The notes beneath the pieces are model-generated. The model searched no databases and was not told where the DNA came from. It saw nothing but the letters and a program-made list of their open reading frames with translations. From the NCBI GenBank assembly GCA_964276515.1, contig OZ193909.1, forward strand, positions 11,346,001-11,410,000: a stretch of 64,000 nt of DNA, read 5' to 3'. The stretch is from Gordius albopunctatus. Taxonomy: Eukaryota. A program made the position numbers and the translations under genes. Below are positions 38,390 through 52,621 of the stretch, piece by piece (the first letter of the stretch is position 1; every line of letters starts with the position of its first letter).

Positions 38390-39660
38390 GATCGAATAAG
38401 GAGCTTTAGTTATCATAACTTTGTCAAATTGCCCTTTCCACATATTTTAAAGTCGATCACTTCCTATCTTTCCCGACACCTTTACGTCCAATACTTTTCG
38501 ATTTACATCATTCGCCTCCCTTCTTATTATATTATCATACCACCTTAGCCAATTTTCCTTTATCAATGCCACCATAAGGTTAAATACCATTTTCGTCTTA
38601 AGAGTCATTCGTCATATGGTAGAGCCTACAAAACCCCAAACTCGAGCGTATCCTCATGTCCGTGGCTTGTAATAACTTCCATAGAGCAACACCTGTCTTA
38701 CGATGGATTTGTAAGCTTTGCTCTTCAACGCACATTATACAGGATATATTTTGCAAATTAACTGAACCCATGACGAAAGTTGACATATGAATGTCACGTC
38801 GGTTCTTAAATTGAATAAAGCGGGGCTTACAGATTCTTGATTTAATCCAATTAAAGCCCAAAAAGGTTTAGAGTCCCCAACGGTCGTTCCAACGCATTGA
38901 TAGGCAATCCACATGAGTCAAGAATATTTCTTTATTTTTAATTACCACCATTAAATCGCGAGGACTTTCATAAGCTTTTTTGAAGTAGATAAAGATCATA
39001 TGTAGGTTCCTTCTACTTTCCCCATATTTATCCAACATTCTTCCTAGTACGAAGGAATTGTATATTTGCCGGCCAAAATCCGAATTGGTTGGGCGACATC
39101 CCCTCCCTTTTTTCAGCATTTTTACTAGGACCCTGCTTCAAGGACTGGAAAGATATCTTGATAACTTTTAATTCCTACACTCCTGAGTGTCTCCTTTCTT
39201 TTGAATAAAAGTATAATCGTACTTGCTCTCCATTCATTATTAATTCGCTCATCAACCAATATCCTGTTAAAGAGATTAGTTATGGTCGTGACTCTAATTT
39301 ATCCGCATCCAAGCTATGCTTCCATAGGAATTCCATCTGGACCATGCCTTACTTTTTTGCACCTCCTAAAAGAGTTCTACCATACTTGTGTTGGATCAAT
39401 ATCAGGAAGTGTCATTTGTAATATTCATAAGTTTTTGAAATATCCTTTCCATCTTTGTTTTATCTTCTTCAGCTTAAGTAAGATTTAATCCTCCTCGTTC
39501 CTGACCATTTAAAGACTCTAACATCGCGACTCTTTTTCCTCATATCTTCGCCTATTTGTATATAAGCCTGTGGCTCCCTTTATGACCAGTTTGTTTGCCA
39601 TATCGGTAAATGCAGCGTTCTTCGCTATCTTTTTGTCTCCTTATATTCTTGATAATATTC
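38390..39660 (-). mobile_element. Heavily decayed RTE fragment
   Basis: The reverse complement aligns by eye to 9368-10990 of the full-length RTE (e.g. GCGAAGAACGCTGC...GGCAAACAAACTGG; LHMIFIYFKKAYE), with large deletions. Confidence 0.8.
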
Positions 39661-40263
39661 CTACTTTTTAGATCGTGTCTTTTGCATTAAACGTTACAGA
39701 TGACTATATTAATTTTGTGGAAAAAATGCATCTATAGTTTTGAAATTAATACATTTAATATATTTTTCTTGTGATTGAAATTTTGATTGATAGCATTATA
39801 TATTTATATGCCCCTCATAAATTGTCACAAGTTTTGATTATTTTTTTTTATCGATAAAGACTGTATTAATTTTTTTTCCAACTTATTAGATACATTCGAC
39901 ATCGTTAAAAAATTTATTCAAAAGATTTTAAATATTTATACAATTGAATTTAATTTATCAAATTTCCTGAGCCCGAACTATTTTTATCATTGTAAAGCCT
40001 TTAAATGTTTTTTATTCAAAATATGTACAAGCATTAATGTTATAAAGGGAATTATATGTGTTTCAAATTTTAGTATGGGGTAAGAATAACTCCACTGACA
40101 GTTGCCTTTTTTGACAAAATTTTCATTAAGATATTTCAAATCTTACAATAGTTTTAAAAATATATTATATGATGTTCAATTGTTGTTAAGGAAACCTAAA
40201 TAGGAAATTTGGAACATTCGTGCCATTAAATGCATTGTTATAAATGTTAATATGTTTGATTTC

Positions 40264-40265
<2 letters not shown>

Positions 40266-40308
<43 letters not shown>
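40266..40308. repeat. (TATT)n microsatellite
   Basis: About 10 tetranucleotide copies. Confidence 0.9.
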
Positions 40309-40309
<1 letters not shown>

Positions 40310-40742
40310 AGACTTGTGTTATAAGCACTTGATGGTTTTCATGTTTTAATAGTGTCTTCTGTTTATAAAGTATTCAAACTCTTTTTTTCGATTTTTTAGA
40401 ACATGGTTTTTATATTTGACTAATGGTAAAAGCCCGTTTTTGCTTTTTCTTTGCTTGGTATTGCCTCGAGTAAGTTAATTTCATCGTCCTAGTCGCCACA
40501 TGATTATCTAGACTTTCCAAAAGTTCTGAAAAATGTAACATTACCTATTTTCTCTATAATTCTGGTAGGTTGATTTAAGAGTATTACGTATGTTTTCAAT
40601 CCAATATGAAGCTGTACCAAAATTAGCATTACCCATTTCATTGTTCGTAGTATAATATCTGATGTTGTTCCTAGTACGTAACCTTTGGATCTTACTGGAA
40701 TGCATAAGAGTTTATTTAAGTATATTAATTTGTTTGCAAAGA

Positions 40743-41926
40743 TCTATATATATAAAGTAAAGTCTATGTATATATATATGTGTGTGTATGTATGTAAGGG
40801 CTAAATTCTGGAAATACCAGCCCGATTCCCGCGAAAATTTAACCGTAGATGCCCAGGGTGGCCAGGGGTAAAATAGCTTTTTCAGATTCCTAAAATACCT
40901 TTTCGCTTTAAAACTATCGCACATTTCCCGGCCAGTTTAATTTATAGCATCATATACAATAATGACGTCATATATACAAGGCTGAAGTTTTCTCGCATTA
41001 GATATTTAAAAGTATAATAAAAATGTTACAGTATACGGTCAAAATTATTGGGGTTTTAACAAAGTATTTAAATTAAATAAATAATATTTAAATTATTATC
41101 ACGTGGTCGATCATGGAAGCATATTTTTAATAATTATCCATCCTTCAATTAATTATTTTATTATATTAAAGAAAATTGTATTTCAAATAAATCAGCTAAC
41201 TAGGAAAATAAAATAATGGTATTATTGTATAAGCAGGTTTTGAATTAGGGGGGGGGGGTGGCAGATTTAAAAGAAAAAAAATTTCTCGTATCCAAAAATT
41301 TTCATGAGAGCAAAAAAAGGTCTTCGACTACTAAATTCCTAAATTTTTCCTGAGACCCGCAGGGGGTAGCCGCCCTCCCCTGACTAATTAGGGGGGGGGG
41401 GGGCAGAACATAATTTTTAAGGATTTTTGTATTGAAAAATCATTTTTTTAATTAGGGGGGGGGAATCAAAGTCATTTTTTTGCTTATGACGGTCGTGTTC
41501 CCTCCTGCGTGGCTAAATAAATTCATTTTTTGCGCCTTATATAAGGAGAAAAATGTAAATACAATTAACAAAGTGCCAATAAAGGTTGATATATCTCAGT
41601 TCTTTGGACATTATTAAGTTCAGAATTAAAAGTTTTATTCAGAAACAAATAATTATGATATTGTTTCTTAATTACAAAAAAATATAAAAAATTGCTTGAA
41701 GGGCCAGGGGGCCAAAGATTTTTCCCTTTGGGGGGGGGCATGGGGCTAGGTTTTATCTCTTGGGTGGGCCTAGGCCTTGGACCCTCTTTAACTATTTGTT
41801 TGAAAATTATCAAACTTTATTTTTACTTCAATAACCGCTTTATCATCATATATGCCCTAAAATTCCAACATAATTTAATACACCCCCCGGGTAAATGGCA
41901 AAACAACGTTTGCCGGGTTCATCTAG
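40743..41926 (+). mobile_element. Non-autonomous Helitron (~1.18 kb) carrying G-run MITE-like sequence
   Basis: A|TCTATATATATAAAG start; GGCAAAACAACGTTTGCC hairpin and CTAG|T end; 3' ~400 bp shared with 23023-23430. Confidence 0.8.
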
Positions 41927-42356
41927 TTATTTTATAAATATTAATTTAATTAGAAAGCTGTTATTTAAAGTTGAAGACTATTGATATCTACAAAAATATA
42001 CCTTCATTAAAATGCCTTCAAAAGTTTTTGCTTTGAATAAAAGTAAAGGTTCATTAATCGCACATCTATTGGAGCTTATCTCTGCAAACCATTTAAGTAA
42101 GGCTTGTTCTGTCTTTGTGTATTGTGCCAAGTTATGTAATCTAAATATATATCAATAAGATTATTTTTTCTTTTTTTGTTAAGTGATGAATTATTTGCTG
42201 CATCTCTTTCGTATTCCTAAGAGGATACTAATAAAAATAATTTGAAGGATAAACAGGAATCTAATGGGAGAATTGAGGAAAGGATAAGGGATTATATTGG
42301 GACGGGGGAAAACCTTTTCCCCGGTAAGGATAGTATTAATTTTACTAAACCTTACA

Positions 42357-44499
42357 TGTCAGTTTCATTCAGTTTATTAAATATAAAACCAAGACGACAA
42401 AATTATAATAAATAATGATTTGAAACGCGTTATCGAATTCAATGATGCGTATTGATAGAAATAACACACACGTATAAGCGCGTCAGGGGTGGGGGGAATA
42501 ACATACGCGTACTGGTAATAAAATGTAAAAAGCGGTGTAAGATCAAAAGAATCTCGCAATCAATGAACTTTTAACTTTTGTATAAGATGACATGAAGGGT
42601 GGGAAAAATCTCCGGATACGACAATCTCTATGTAGCTTGCCTATGTTGCTACATATGCTGAGGAAGAAAAATTGAAGAGGAAGGAACGATTTATTTATTA
42701 AGGAAGGAGGGATACGATTTACAAAACTATTTTCATTCTCAGCTCTTAATTCACGCGATGTATTCAAATTAGAATTTTCAAGAATTTCCAATTATCAACA
42801 TGATATCACATCGCACGGAATATAGAAATATAATACATGGTTATATAAATCAATTGAAACATTACACACACGTAGTCTCACAATCTTTTACCCTCAACAC
42901 TTTCCCCCTTTTCACAAATGCTTTAGATATCCTGGGGCTTGTCGAATACGCTGTGGGTATCTAGGTTCCTCCTAAGATGTATCAACCCTGCTTTGATTAA
43001 ATGTTCCCGATACCCCTGGGGCCGTTTGACTTCGCTCCGCCGTTTCCCTTTCGACTGTCTGCCCGGAGCCTTTTTGCGTATTCCTATTGGGCCAAGCGTA
43101 CTCTTGACTCAGACTAGTGCACAAGCACTTTTCGTCCTCTTATTTGATCCATGTGATGTGGTGCTTTTTTCCTCGAGCCCACACTATGTGGGAGCGACTA
43201 CCTTATTTGTCTGTTATAGATCCCTTTACCCATTTGCTCGCCCCCAAAAACATGCCCACCAAAACTTTGTCTCCTACGTCAAACGTACGCGATTTTCCGC
43301 TCTCCGTTCATTGTTGTGGTCTCATCCCCTTAACTTATCCCCGTTGCTGGGTGAATTGTTGCTCTGTAATTTTCTAGGAATAAGCTTAAATCAATTCCGG
43401 ATTCGTTGCGTACAACCGCCTCCTCTGCTAGCCGAACGTACCTCTCAGCTAATCGATTTGACGGAGGATGATAAGGTGCTGATTAACCTTGTTTTATCCA
43501 CCTGCTCCTACAAATTCCCGAATCTCATGACTTCTAAACTGAAGGCCGTTGTACGATATGAGGACTGGTGGGTTACCGAACCTTGCAAACACTTCGGCCA
43601 GTTTTGTGTTGTTTGTTGGAGGTTAAGGTATCTTATAACTTAAAAACCTCTAACCATTTTGTTCCATTGTCCACAATTACTAAATACGATCTGCCGCGCA
43701 TGGCTCAAAAAAATCCACGTGTACCTGGTTACAGGGCGCTTTATCAATGACGCCCTTTTTGGAGCAGCCGCCATGTAGTTACATCTCCTGCTACTTTTCG
43801 CTAGACTTTCGATATCCTGGACCAGAGTTAGCCACCACACATGTTGAGCTGCTACATGCTGCATTTTCTTTACGCCCACGTAGCCCCTGTCTAAACGTTG
43901 TAGCACGGTGTACCTTAATTTGGCTGGAATGGGCACCAGTGGTCTCTTGTAGAATATAACATCATTGGACTCGTGTAACTTTGGCAGGTACCTCTCATAA
44001 AGGTGCATAGTACCGACGACTACTACAGCAATCTGCCTTCCCTTTATCCATTCTTTGAGTTGTTGTATGTTCGCATCGCAACAAGTATATTGAGGGACAA
44101 CATTGAATGAAGTAAATGAGTCCGGGGCATCCTTCAACACCTCCATGGTAACTTGATAGGCATGTTCATTTGATCGCTTAGACAAAAAAATTCGGCCGCG
44201 TTATCCTTACTCTTATTGGAAGCGAATTAGGCCGAGTAACCCGATACAAATGAAGCCAAACGTGTAAGGCGAGACCATTGCTCCTTCCCTCTCTTACTTG
44301 GATCAAATATGTAATTCAACGGCTTGTGATCCGTCATGATCATGATCTCTCTTCCCTGAACGAAATCATTAAATTTATCAGAATTTTTAATTACCAACTT
44401 AGCACCACATCACGAGGCATATCGAAATATAATATATGGTATAATTCTATCTAAAAATTACACACACGTAGTCTCACAATCTTTTAATTCTCATCAACA
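42357..44499 (-). mobile_element. Decayed, internally deleted Ty3/gypsy LTR element
   Basis: ~100-bp direct repeats ending ...CACACACGTAGTCTCACAATCTTTT...CAACA at ~42800-42899 and ~44400-44499 (TGTTG LTR start on the minus strand); PPT AAGGGGGAAAG adjacent to 42899; RNase H remnant IMTDHKPL (~44320-44345); integrase Zn-finger remnant GVKKMQHVAAQHVWW. The left boundary is uncertain. Confidence 0.75.
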
Positions 44500-45034
44500 T
44501 AAACGGTAGATTGTAACTAATTCTACACCATAATTCTGGGCTAATTTGGGTTCACTTACATGTTTTTATTTTTTAATTATTAGCAATATACAGATTTTTT
44601 TCCACTTTTCACTTAGTCACCTAAAAACAATATAAAAATCCAAAAAATATAAAAATTTTACCACTAATCCAATTTTATATATTTAAACAATATTCATTTA
44701 TGAGCGGAGTTAGCGTAAAGTTTATTATATGTTTTTAAGAAATCGCGATTACTTATCATTTAACATTATACTATTTATCCGTTTATTACTTATACTATCA
44801 AGTATCAACTGTAGTAGTTTGACCTCAAAATCTAATCCTTTTATAAATTGGCAATTTTATCTAATTCCTCACCACTACTGAGAATAGTTCAAAACCGAAA
44901 GAAGGGTTAGGAGAAGCTGCCGACTAGAAACTTTTAATCAGATGACTAAACTTTCAGACAAGATTGACGGATAGCCACAAAAAGTTATGTCTCTTTGTAA
45001 CTAAATGCTAGTTTAGTATAATTTATTTTGCAAG

Positions 45035-48000
45035 ATGTCTTTGGCTGATGAACTTTTGGCTGATATGGAAGAAGGGGAAGAGGAGGAAGATTTATATGTG
45101 TCTGGGCTCGATAAAATAGATGAAATTAATGAAATCGAAGATATAGATGACAATGAAAAGGATTCAAAGATAAAAGTGGACTCTGTTAAATATGTAGCTA
45201 AGTTATGGGAAAGTCTTCAAGTTTGATTATATTATATAATTTACATTTTAATGATAGCTCAAAGCAATATTAAGTCAAATTGAGGCTAAGCTTTTAATGA
45301 ATGAAGAAAATACTAAGGAGGAGCAGAGCCTGGCAAACTATGAAGGTTTAGTAGAAAACCATCATGAATATCAACTAATAGTTGAAGCTAACAATTTGAC
45401 TGTTGAGATAGATAATGAAATAAGTAAGTTTATATTTTCTTACCTAAATCTACCTAACTTTTAATGCCAGTAATTATGTGTTTAATATATTATAATAATT
45501 TCTTAGATGTAATCCATAAATATCTAAGAGATGTATATGCAAAACGATTTCCTGAATTAGAATCATTGATTCCTACCGCTTTGGAATATATATTTACTGT
45601 TAAGGTATTATAAATTTTATATTTTTAAATTCATGTATATTTTATTTTCCTGTTATTATTGTTTTCAAATGTATTATTTAATGCTATCAATTAAATTTTA
45701 GACTAAATGTTTTTATAAATACACACTATTGTAAAAACAATTAATACATTATTATTGAAAAAAATGATAAAGTTATTATATATCTTAAGGAATTGGGTAA
45801 TGATTTGGAAAAAACTAAATCTAGCATTGAATTACAAAAAATATTAACCCCTGCAACAATAATGGTTGTCAGTGTAACAGCCTCCACAACTCAAGGGTAA
45901 ATATCATATGTTTATGAAATAGATTATGTATATTTTAAGAATTTAAAATATTTTTTTTATTTTTTAGTATAATGCCTTGCACTAATCTAATATAGTATTT
46001 AATCAACAACAATTTTATTTATTTTCTGCAAAATTTATGTTTGTTGTTTTATGCATATAAAGAACAGTTTTAGAAGAAGGAGAATTTCAATGGGTTGAAG
46101 AGGCTTGTGAAATGGTAATGAAGGATTTTTGTTGATTAATTGTTAAATATTAAAATTAATTAATAAATAGAATACAAAGAAATTTAAAAAACTATAAAAT
46201 TATATTTTTATAAACTGTTTAAATATTGTAATTAACTTCTTTTAGATTATAGTTTTCTACTATCTATTTTTTAGAATTGTTTATAATTAATTTTATGCAA
46301 TCAACTATTAAAAATGTGTAATCTTTTAAATAATATTTATAATGGATCTAGTGTTAATCATAGACAATCATCACATTGCATTAATTAACAAATAACTAAG
46401 TGTGTGTCAATTACTATTAGAATTGATTAACCTTTTTGAGCTAATATGTTAAAAGTATTATGCTCTTGTTTAAATTTTTTTATTAATTTTAATTTCTATA
46501 ATAATATGTTTTAGGTTCAAAACCTTAATGATGCGAGGATGAAAATATTACATTTTGTTGAATCTAGGATGATGTTTATTGCACCCAATTTGACACTTAT
46601 TGTTGGAGCCTCTTGTGCTGCTAAATTGATGGGTATTTTTGTTTTAATATTATATAAATAAGCATTATAATATTAGAGTTGTTTGGAAACTTCATTTTAA
46701 GGTTTGAGAAATGTTTACTTTTTTGTGAATTTTTTCCCTTATTTATAACGGATTGATATATTTTATCTCAATTTTTTGATTTTTAGATTATTTAATCAAT
46801 TAGAATGTTTATTATAAATATTCTAAACAATAAATATCTGCTCAATTAATCTATATGTATAAATGTAACTCCGTTTTCTTTGTCCTCTAATAACTCCTAA
46901 AGTTCTCGATCGATTGCCACCAAATTTGATCCTAGATGGTTTATATATACTTTTTATGGACCTGCGCCAGCTGTAACCCCGTTTTTTTGTTAGTGCTTAC
47001 CGCCATCTAGCGGACGAGAGATACTACGTTTTTATTCTTAGTTTTTCGTTATGGTGCTACTTATTGCCTTAAAAAGCTTTTCCCTTGATTGCTTTGTAGT
47101 TTGTGTCTCAGTTTTTTACTCAACTACGCCCGTTAAATAAATATTATCTATAGCCTAAAACACCACTATTTTCTTAAATAAAAATAACGCGCGCTTTTGC
47201 AAACGTTCTCGCTTTTCGTTCTTATTTCGCTAGGAAACTAACCATTTTGCCCACATCATACTACGGTCGTCCAGATTTACATGCAATCCTGCTTGGCGCA
47301 ATGCACATGAGCTTTTATTTTAGGGCCAATCACCAGTCGATAGGCATAACATCGCAGCAGTGTTTTCCGTCAGAAACTTAAATCAATGATTAATCTCACT
47401 GCAGAGCATAATGTCTTTGGCTCTGTGCGTTGGTGAATATACTCTGTGGAATAACAAAGAGAGGTTTACTGCATGCCCATACACACATATGGCTATATAA
47501 CTAGATCACCTCCAAACCATCGACGATGTAATGAATATAAAGCAGACATGACAACAGAAGATATCATTCACCGGAATAGTCATCATGGATCAATTGCTAA
47601 AAGATTGCAACGAAACAATAATTATTCTTGAAGATATATGCTTAGAAATTGAACCAAAGTATTGACTCAATTCAACCGAATATGCTTGTCTTTTTTTGGT
47701 ATAAAATAGATATTTTGTGAGGGTACGATAAATAAATAAAAAAGTTAAGAATTATAAATATCTAGAAAACTATCCGCTATGGCTTGTGAATTATATTTAC
47801 AAATAGTTATCCCGATTTTCTGGCAAACGATTTGCGATTCAAGGGATAGTAAAGAGATTTGTTTCCCTATTTTTTAAATAATCTGTAAGGCTTGGGGGCC
47901 AAAGGTTGTTAGGGTGGCTGTCGCAATAGGACAAAAAATTATAGTATTGTTAATTTCCACGTAATTGAAAATTTTTGTGGTAAGATATGGCAAATACGTC

Positions 48001-51000
48001 TGTACATGTATAGTCCCATGCTAAAATGAGTCATTTACCCCAAGCGCCTATAGTTTGCTATCTTCACAGAGGCCTGTAGGTTCAAGAATAGAGGGGATAC
48101 TAGCTTTGGTAAAATAGTTATATATGAGTTTGTTAACCGCGGTATGCCAAAAATACCGACCTTTCTTGCGATTACAGTGTAGGCCATGATGGACATTCAA
48201 ATGGATATCGTTGCTCGATTAGACCGAGGGGTTACGTACGACTTGGGAAAGCTTCGGGGCATTTGTGACCTGAGAATGGAGCTAAGGTCCTAAGCGCTGA
48301 AAGTTTTCTCTGCCCAAGCGCCATTAATAGATTTTAAAAGGCGTTCGGACATGGGGCCATTCATTCCAACACTTTTGAGTGTTTACTTCGGGGGTTTGAG
48401 TAGATTGTAAAAGACTTCAATTAAATTTGAAAATGCTCTTGTACTATCTCTTCATTTTATTACTGTAGATTTTAGGCTATGACAATACACTACTATATAA
48501 GCTGTACTAAAATCTTTCTCTGCGTTGTCAAACATTATCATTTACTTTTGTTTATTAGTGGTTTAGATCATTTAAATCTTAACTTATAGTATCCTTATTA
48601 TGCTTTTAGATTTGCGTAATAAATAATATTGTATGCAAAGTTGTATTGACTATCTTTATCATGAGATATATTTAAAGTCTTGATTGAGTACGAAATTAAA
48701 CATTGGTTTAGAGGGGGGGGGGATATAAAATATTAACGTTTCTCAAACTAAAAGTCGTTTAAAAGCTTATTGCTTAAACTCCCAACTATCTAAATCGTAT
48801 TTTTGACCAATTTTTACATTTAAAGCCGAAAACAGTAAAACGTCATGACATATTTATTAATCTGTTTTAATATTACTAAAGGTTAAAATGGATTGAAATA
48901 ATTTTTAACTATCGAGTTTATGGGTTTCGAATGTGCTTCAATGTTTTTGGGAAGGGATTTTCGGATGCTTTGAATAGATTTTCGGGGCAAATTAAAACCC
49001 TTTAACATGTTTAAGACTATTTTATGGCAGCACCGTTTACAGCAGTATGTATAATACATAATACGTGTTGCATTTGTAGGCGCCGCCGGTGGTTTATCAA
49101 AGCTTTCCAAAATTCCATCAGCCAATTTGTTGGTAATCGGATCACAGAAAAAGATATTATCCGGTTTCTCAAGCACCGCCCTCATGCCTCACCTCGGTTA
49201 CATCTTCAGTAGCCCCTTGGTGCAAACGGCCCCTCCCGTAATTCCATTCTCATCACTTTGCCTTACCCCAATCGGCTCTTTTATAGCCTCTCATTTTGAT
49301 GTGTAATTATTTATTTGGTGGGTTTTAATCATGCAAAACTTTGTGCGAGAGCTTTTCATTTTTAATCTAACTTGTGAGATTTAATAGAATTTGCCTTGTG
49401 GGAAACATTAAATTTTATTTGCTTGGCTTAGAAGCGAAGGTACCGATTAGTGTTACCCGAGGTAACGTTTATATCTCTTCATGCTTTATATGTGTATAAA
49501 GCAGCAGGGTACAAGATAATTTTTCGCGTTGACTTAACGACTTTGAATTGGCTAAGAAATTTAAGCAAATTTTGCTACTATATCAAGGGCAAAGTTTCGG
49601 GTAGTCTAGTTATATTTTTCGATTGTCTTATTTTACTTTACCTAATTGATCTATAAAAGCTCTAGTCTACAATATGTCTTGGTAAGGCTTTAAAATTATA
49701 GTAACTATTAACGCTAGGCTAGGTATTTCTAAATCATCAAGTTTCATGGCAAAACCAAGTATAATTAGTTGCCTTAATCGTTAGCCATCCCTTTTTCTCG
49801 TTAGTCTGACACATTGTTAAATATGGCCATCAAGTCACATTATGTTTTGCGACATTCTTGAAATCCTATTATTTTAATGCCTCCGGGAGCACATTAACAC
49901 CTGACCAGCACACTTTAATATTCACTCGTCAAATGAATAGGATCTCAGGCGAAAAATATCGCGCATCGTGGCGAACAAATGCGCCCTAGCTGCCCGAGTC
50001 GACAGTTTCCACCAGAATAGGAATGGGACCGTGGGTAAAAATTACGTGCAGGTCATCAAGCATCACCTCGACAAATTGTTGGAACCGCCGTCGGTTAAGT
50101 TGGTCAAGCCTTTACCGGCTCCCCTCGAAGGACCTCGAAAGCGCAGGGGCGGACGGAAGTACTTGCTATTTAAAAAGATTAAAAGTCATTATTCTTAAGC
50201 TGCTCACCTAAATATTCCCACGACGCATGGATATTTGTTACTTTTTGTAGTGCCGATATGCATCCCGCCATTTGTCAACACTCTAAATTCTGCCATACTT
50301 TTAACCTTTCCGTGGTCATAGTTTTTCGTGTGGTAAAGTTGGTACAATTCAAAAGGCTTTGCGATGCATTTTCTTGTGAACAACCCAGTTCTCTGCAGAA
50401 TACACCTTTTAAACGGGATGTCAGTTGTATATAATTAAGCCTGACCCCTTTGTTTTTCATTCGACAGCAAACATAGACTTGCTGGTGTTTATTATAAATT
50501 GTCTGATTAAACGATGACTTTGCGATTGATATTTTGTTGTGGTATAAACCGCACTCCTTACTCTTATCGTAGCAAACCAATATTTTAAGCAAGATAGTGC
50601 AATATTTTTAAGCCCAAAATTTTATTATTTAGCGGCTCATATAAATACTAGGTATCGAAAAATGAAGGAGCGTTTCGGTTTAACGGAAATGCGGAAGCAA
50701 GCGAATCGTATGACTTTCGCTCACATAGAGGAGGACGCATATCAAGCCGATCTCGGGTTTTCTGTTGGAAATTTGGGAAACAGCAACAGCGGAAAAATTA
50801 GGGCTGCTCAAGTATGAACAAGCTTTTTAATTATTACAGCTTTACTCCACTATTTTTAGAAAAGTGCTTTTAATTAACTTAGAGCCTATTTGTGGAAATA
50901 GGGCAATCAATGAAATAAGGTATGGCCACAAGCTTTTTGGCTATATCTATACAGTTTTTTATTTATTTACTTTAAGTATGAATATTTGAATTTGCTTTAG

Positions 51001-52018
51001 CCTATTACATGTTTTTTTAATTTGGCATGTTTTATGGCATTATAGGTGAAAGACTTATAATCAATGTTAAACAAATTTAGGGCGCATTTTCTATCAAGTA
51101 TTCTTTGAAATTGGGTTTTATTAAATAATGTTGAAAGATGTGCTTAAACCAATTTTGAATTAGCTTTGTTGCCTTATTAATTAGTGATGAATATATATTA
51201 ATTAAATATAGTTCTAGATATCCTTTATATCATACATACTATTTTAACTCTAATTACTAAACCAAAATTATATATTTAGCCTTTATTCTAACTATGAGCA
51301 CATGAAAGATAGCTTGATTTTACAACAAAACTTAGTTTTTCATTTATAAAAAATGAACAACCCTTAATCATCAAATCGATGCCAAGTTTATATGAGCTTC
51401 TTTGATATATAGTTTCTCGCAATTCTCAAGATTACTCCTATCAATTATTTTAATTTAACATCAATGTCATTTAGATCGATCTCAAGACACAGGTCAAGAT
51501 ATCGAAAACCTTGCAAAAACAAATTCAAAAACAGCATGCAAAATTAGGCGTTCAAAGTTCGTTAACTTCGGGTGGCAAGAGTAGTATAAAGACCAGTTTT
51601 GCCAGGAGCAACATCCCTGGCACAGCCTCTAGCATTGCTTTCACTCCATTACAAGTAAGTCTTAGTGTCGTTTAAAATCGTTGATTAACATTCAAATTAT
51701 ACTTTAATATTTGATTTTTAAAGTTGCAAATGTTTACTAAATAATTTTGAATAATCATTATATATTGTTATTTAAATCCCTCTATAGCACTCAAGTGTTT
51801 ACTATTGACTGCTATGCTATTTATGATTTAATATATATGCTTAACATAGTAGTTTGATAGCATTCAATTCGATACAAATCTAATTTTTTATAATTGTTTA
51901 TCTGTAGGGTTTGGAGATAGTGAACCCCCAAGCAGCGGAAAAAATGCTTGACGACTCCTCGGCAAAATATTTTTCAAATAAAGCGGGCTTTTTGAACGTT
52001 GCTAGAAAGACTACTTGA
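45035..52018 (+). CDS. PRPF31: U4/U6 snRNP protein Prp31; 11 exons, ~517 aa
   Basis: Exons 45035-45220, 45258-45423, 45507-45604, 45790-45896, 46063-46114, 46515-46632, 49080-49237, 49941-50158, 50652-50811, 51475-51654, 51908-52018. Motifs MSLADELLAD, KRFPELESL, ATIMVVSVTASTTQG, ESRMMFIAPNL, KCALAARVDSF, RKRRGGRKYRKMKER, GTASSIAFTPLQGLEIVNPQA. Confidence 0.97.
46850..47690 (+). mobile_element. Helitron remnant with fragments of the Rep (HUH) domain, in PRP31 intron 6
   Basis: A|TCTATATGTATAAATG start. Broken frames give YGRPDL..TCNPAW, GQSPVDRHNIAA.VFRQKLKSMI...VFGSVR, YSVE*Q(K)RGLLHAH and ILEDICLEI, matching Helitron RepHel motifs. Confidence 0.8.
47690..48430 (-). mobile_element. 3' fragment of a CRE-like (restriction-like endonuclease) non-LTR retrotransposon
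   Basis: Minus-strand broken frames give HHGLHCNRKKGRYFWHTAVNKLI, ASIPSILEPTGLC, LAWDYTCTDVFAISY, FCPIAT..TFGPQA and QKIGITI: the Zn-knuckle / RLE C-terminus pattern; short A tail near 47690. Confidence 0.65.
50270..50420 (-). mobile_element. Possible Tc1-like transposase fragment in PRP31 intron 8
   Basis: ILQRTGLFTRKCIAKPF...ERLK resembles the Tc1 HTH-to-catalytic linker; short and decayed. Confidence 0.3.
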
Positions 52019-52621
52019 TTTATATCCTGTATTCTTGTTTATATTCCATGTCTTTATTGTGAATTGCCCCAACTATGGGTTGCAACTGTATATTATTTAT
52101 TTAAAGTTTAAAAACGTTAAATAAATTCATATTTGATATTCCAATTTATTTTTGTTACCGTTTTTTAACGCACGTATTTTGGTGCTACGTCATGTGAATG
52201 AGATATGTAAGCCTTTTATAAATATAATTTATTAAAAATATTATTCTATATTTTTTGAGGTTTGTTAAGCAACCTCTTAATTCAAATTTTGATAAAAATT
52301 ATGACATTTTTATTATGCCTTTAGGGCACCCTATGCCAGCTAGGGACCTACGCAGGCTTAAATTTAAGGGGGAGAGCTTTATTTTAATGGAAAACTATAC
52401 ATCAATAATACCTGATTTGAGCTCAAGTCCCGGTCAGGAACTAAAAATTAGAAGGATGAAAACTTTGGGCCTGAATTTTTTGGTTTTGATATTGAGACGA
52501 TGAAACTTTTTCTTTATTCCTAAAGCATTTTCTCGTAGAATTTAAAAAGTATCAATCTTTCAGATTCGAGAAGGAAGTTTATTTGTTAATACATTTGAAA
52601 ATAAACAATATTAATTATTGA

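Noticed and set aside
42939..43643. 234-aa plus-strand ORF
   Set aside because: Antisense to the decayed gypsy integrase / 3' region; no recognisable domain; non-ATG start.
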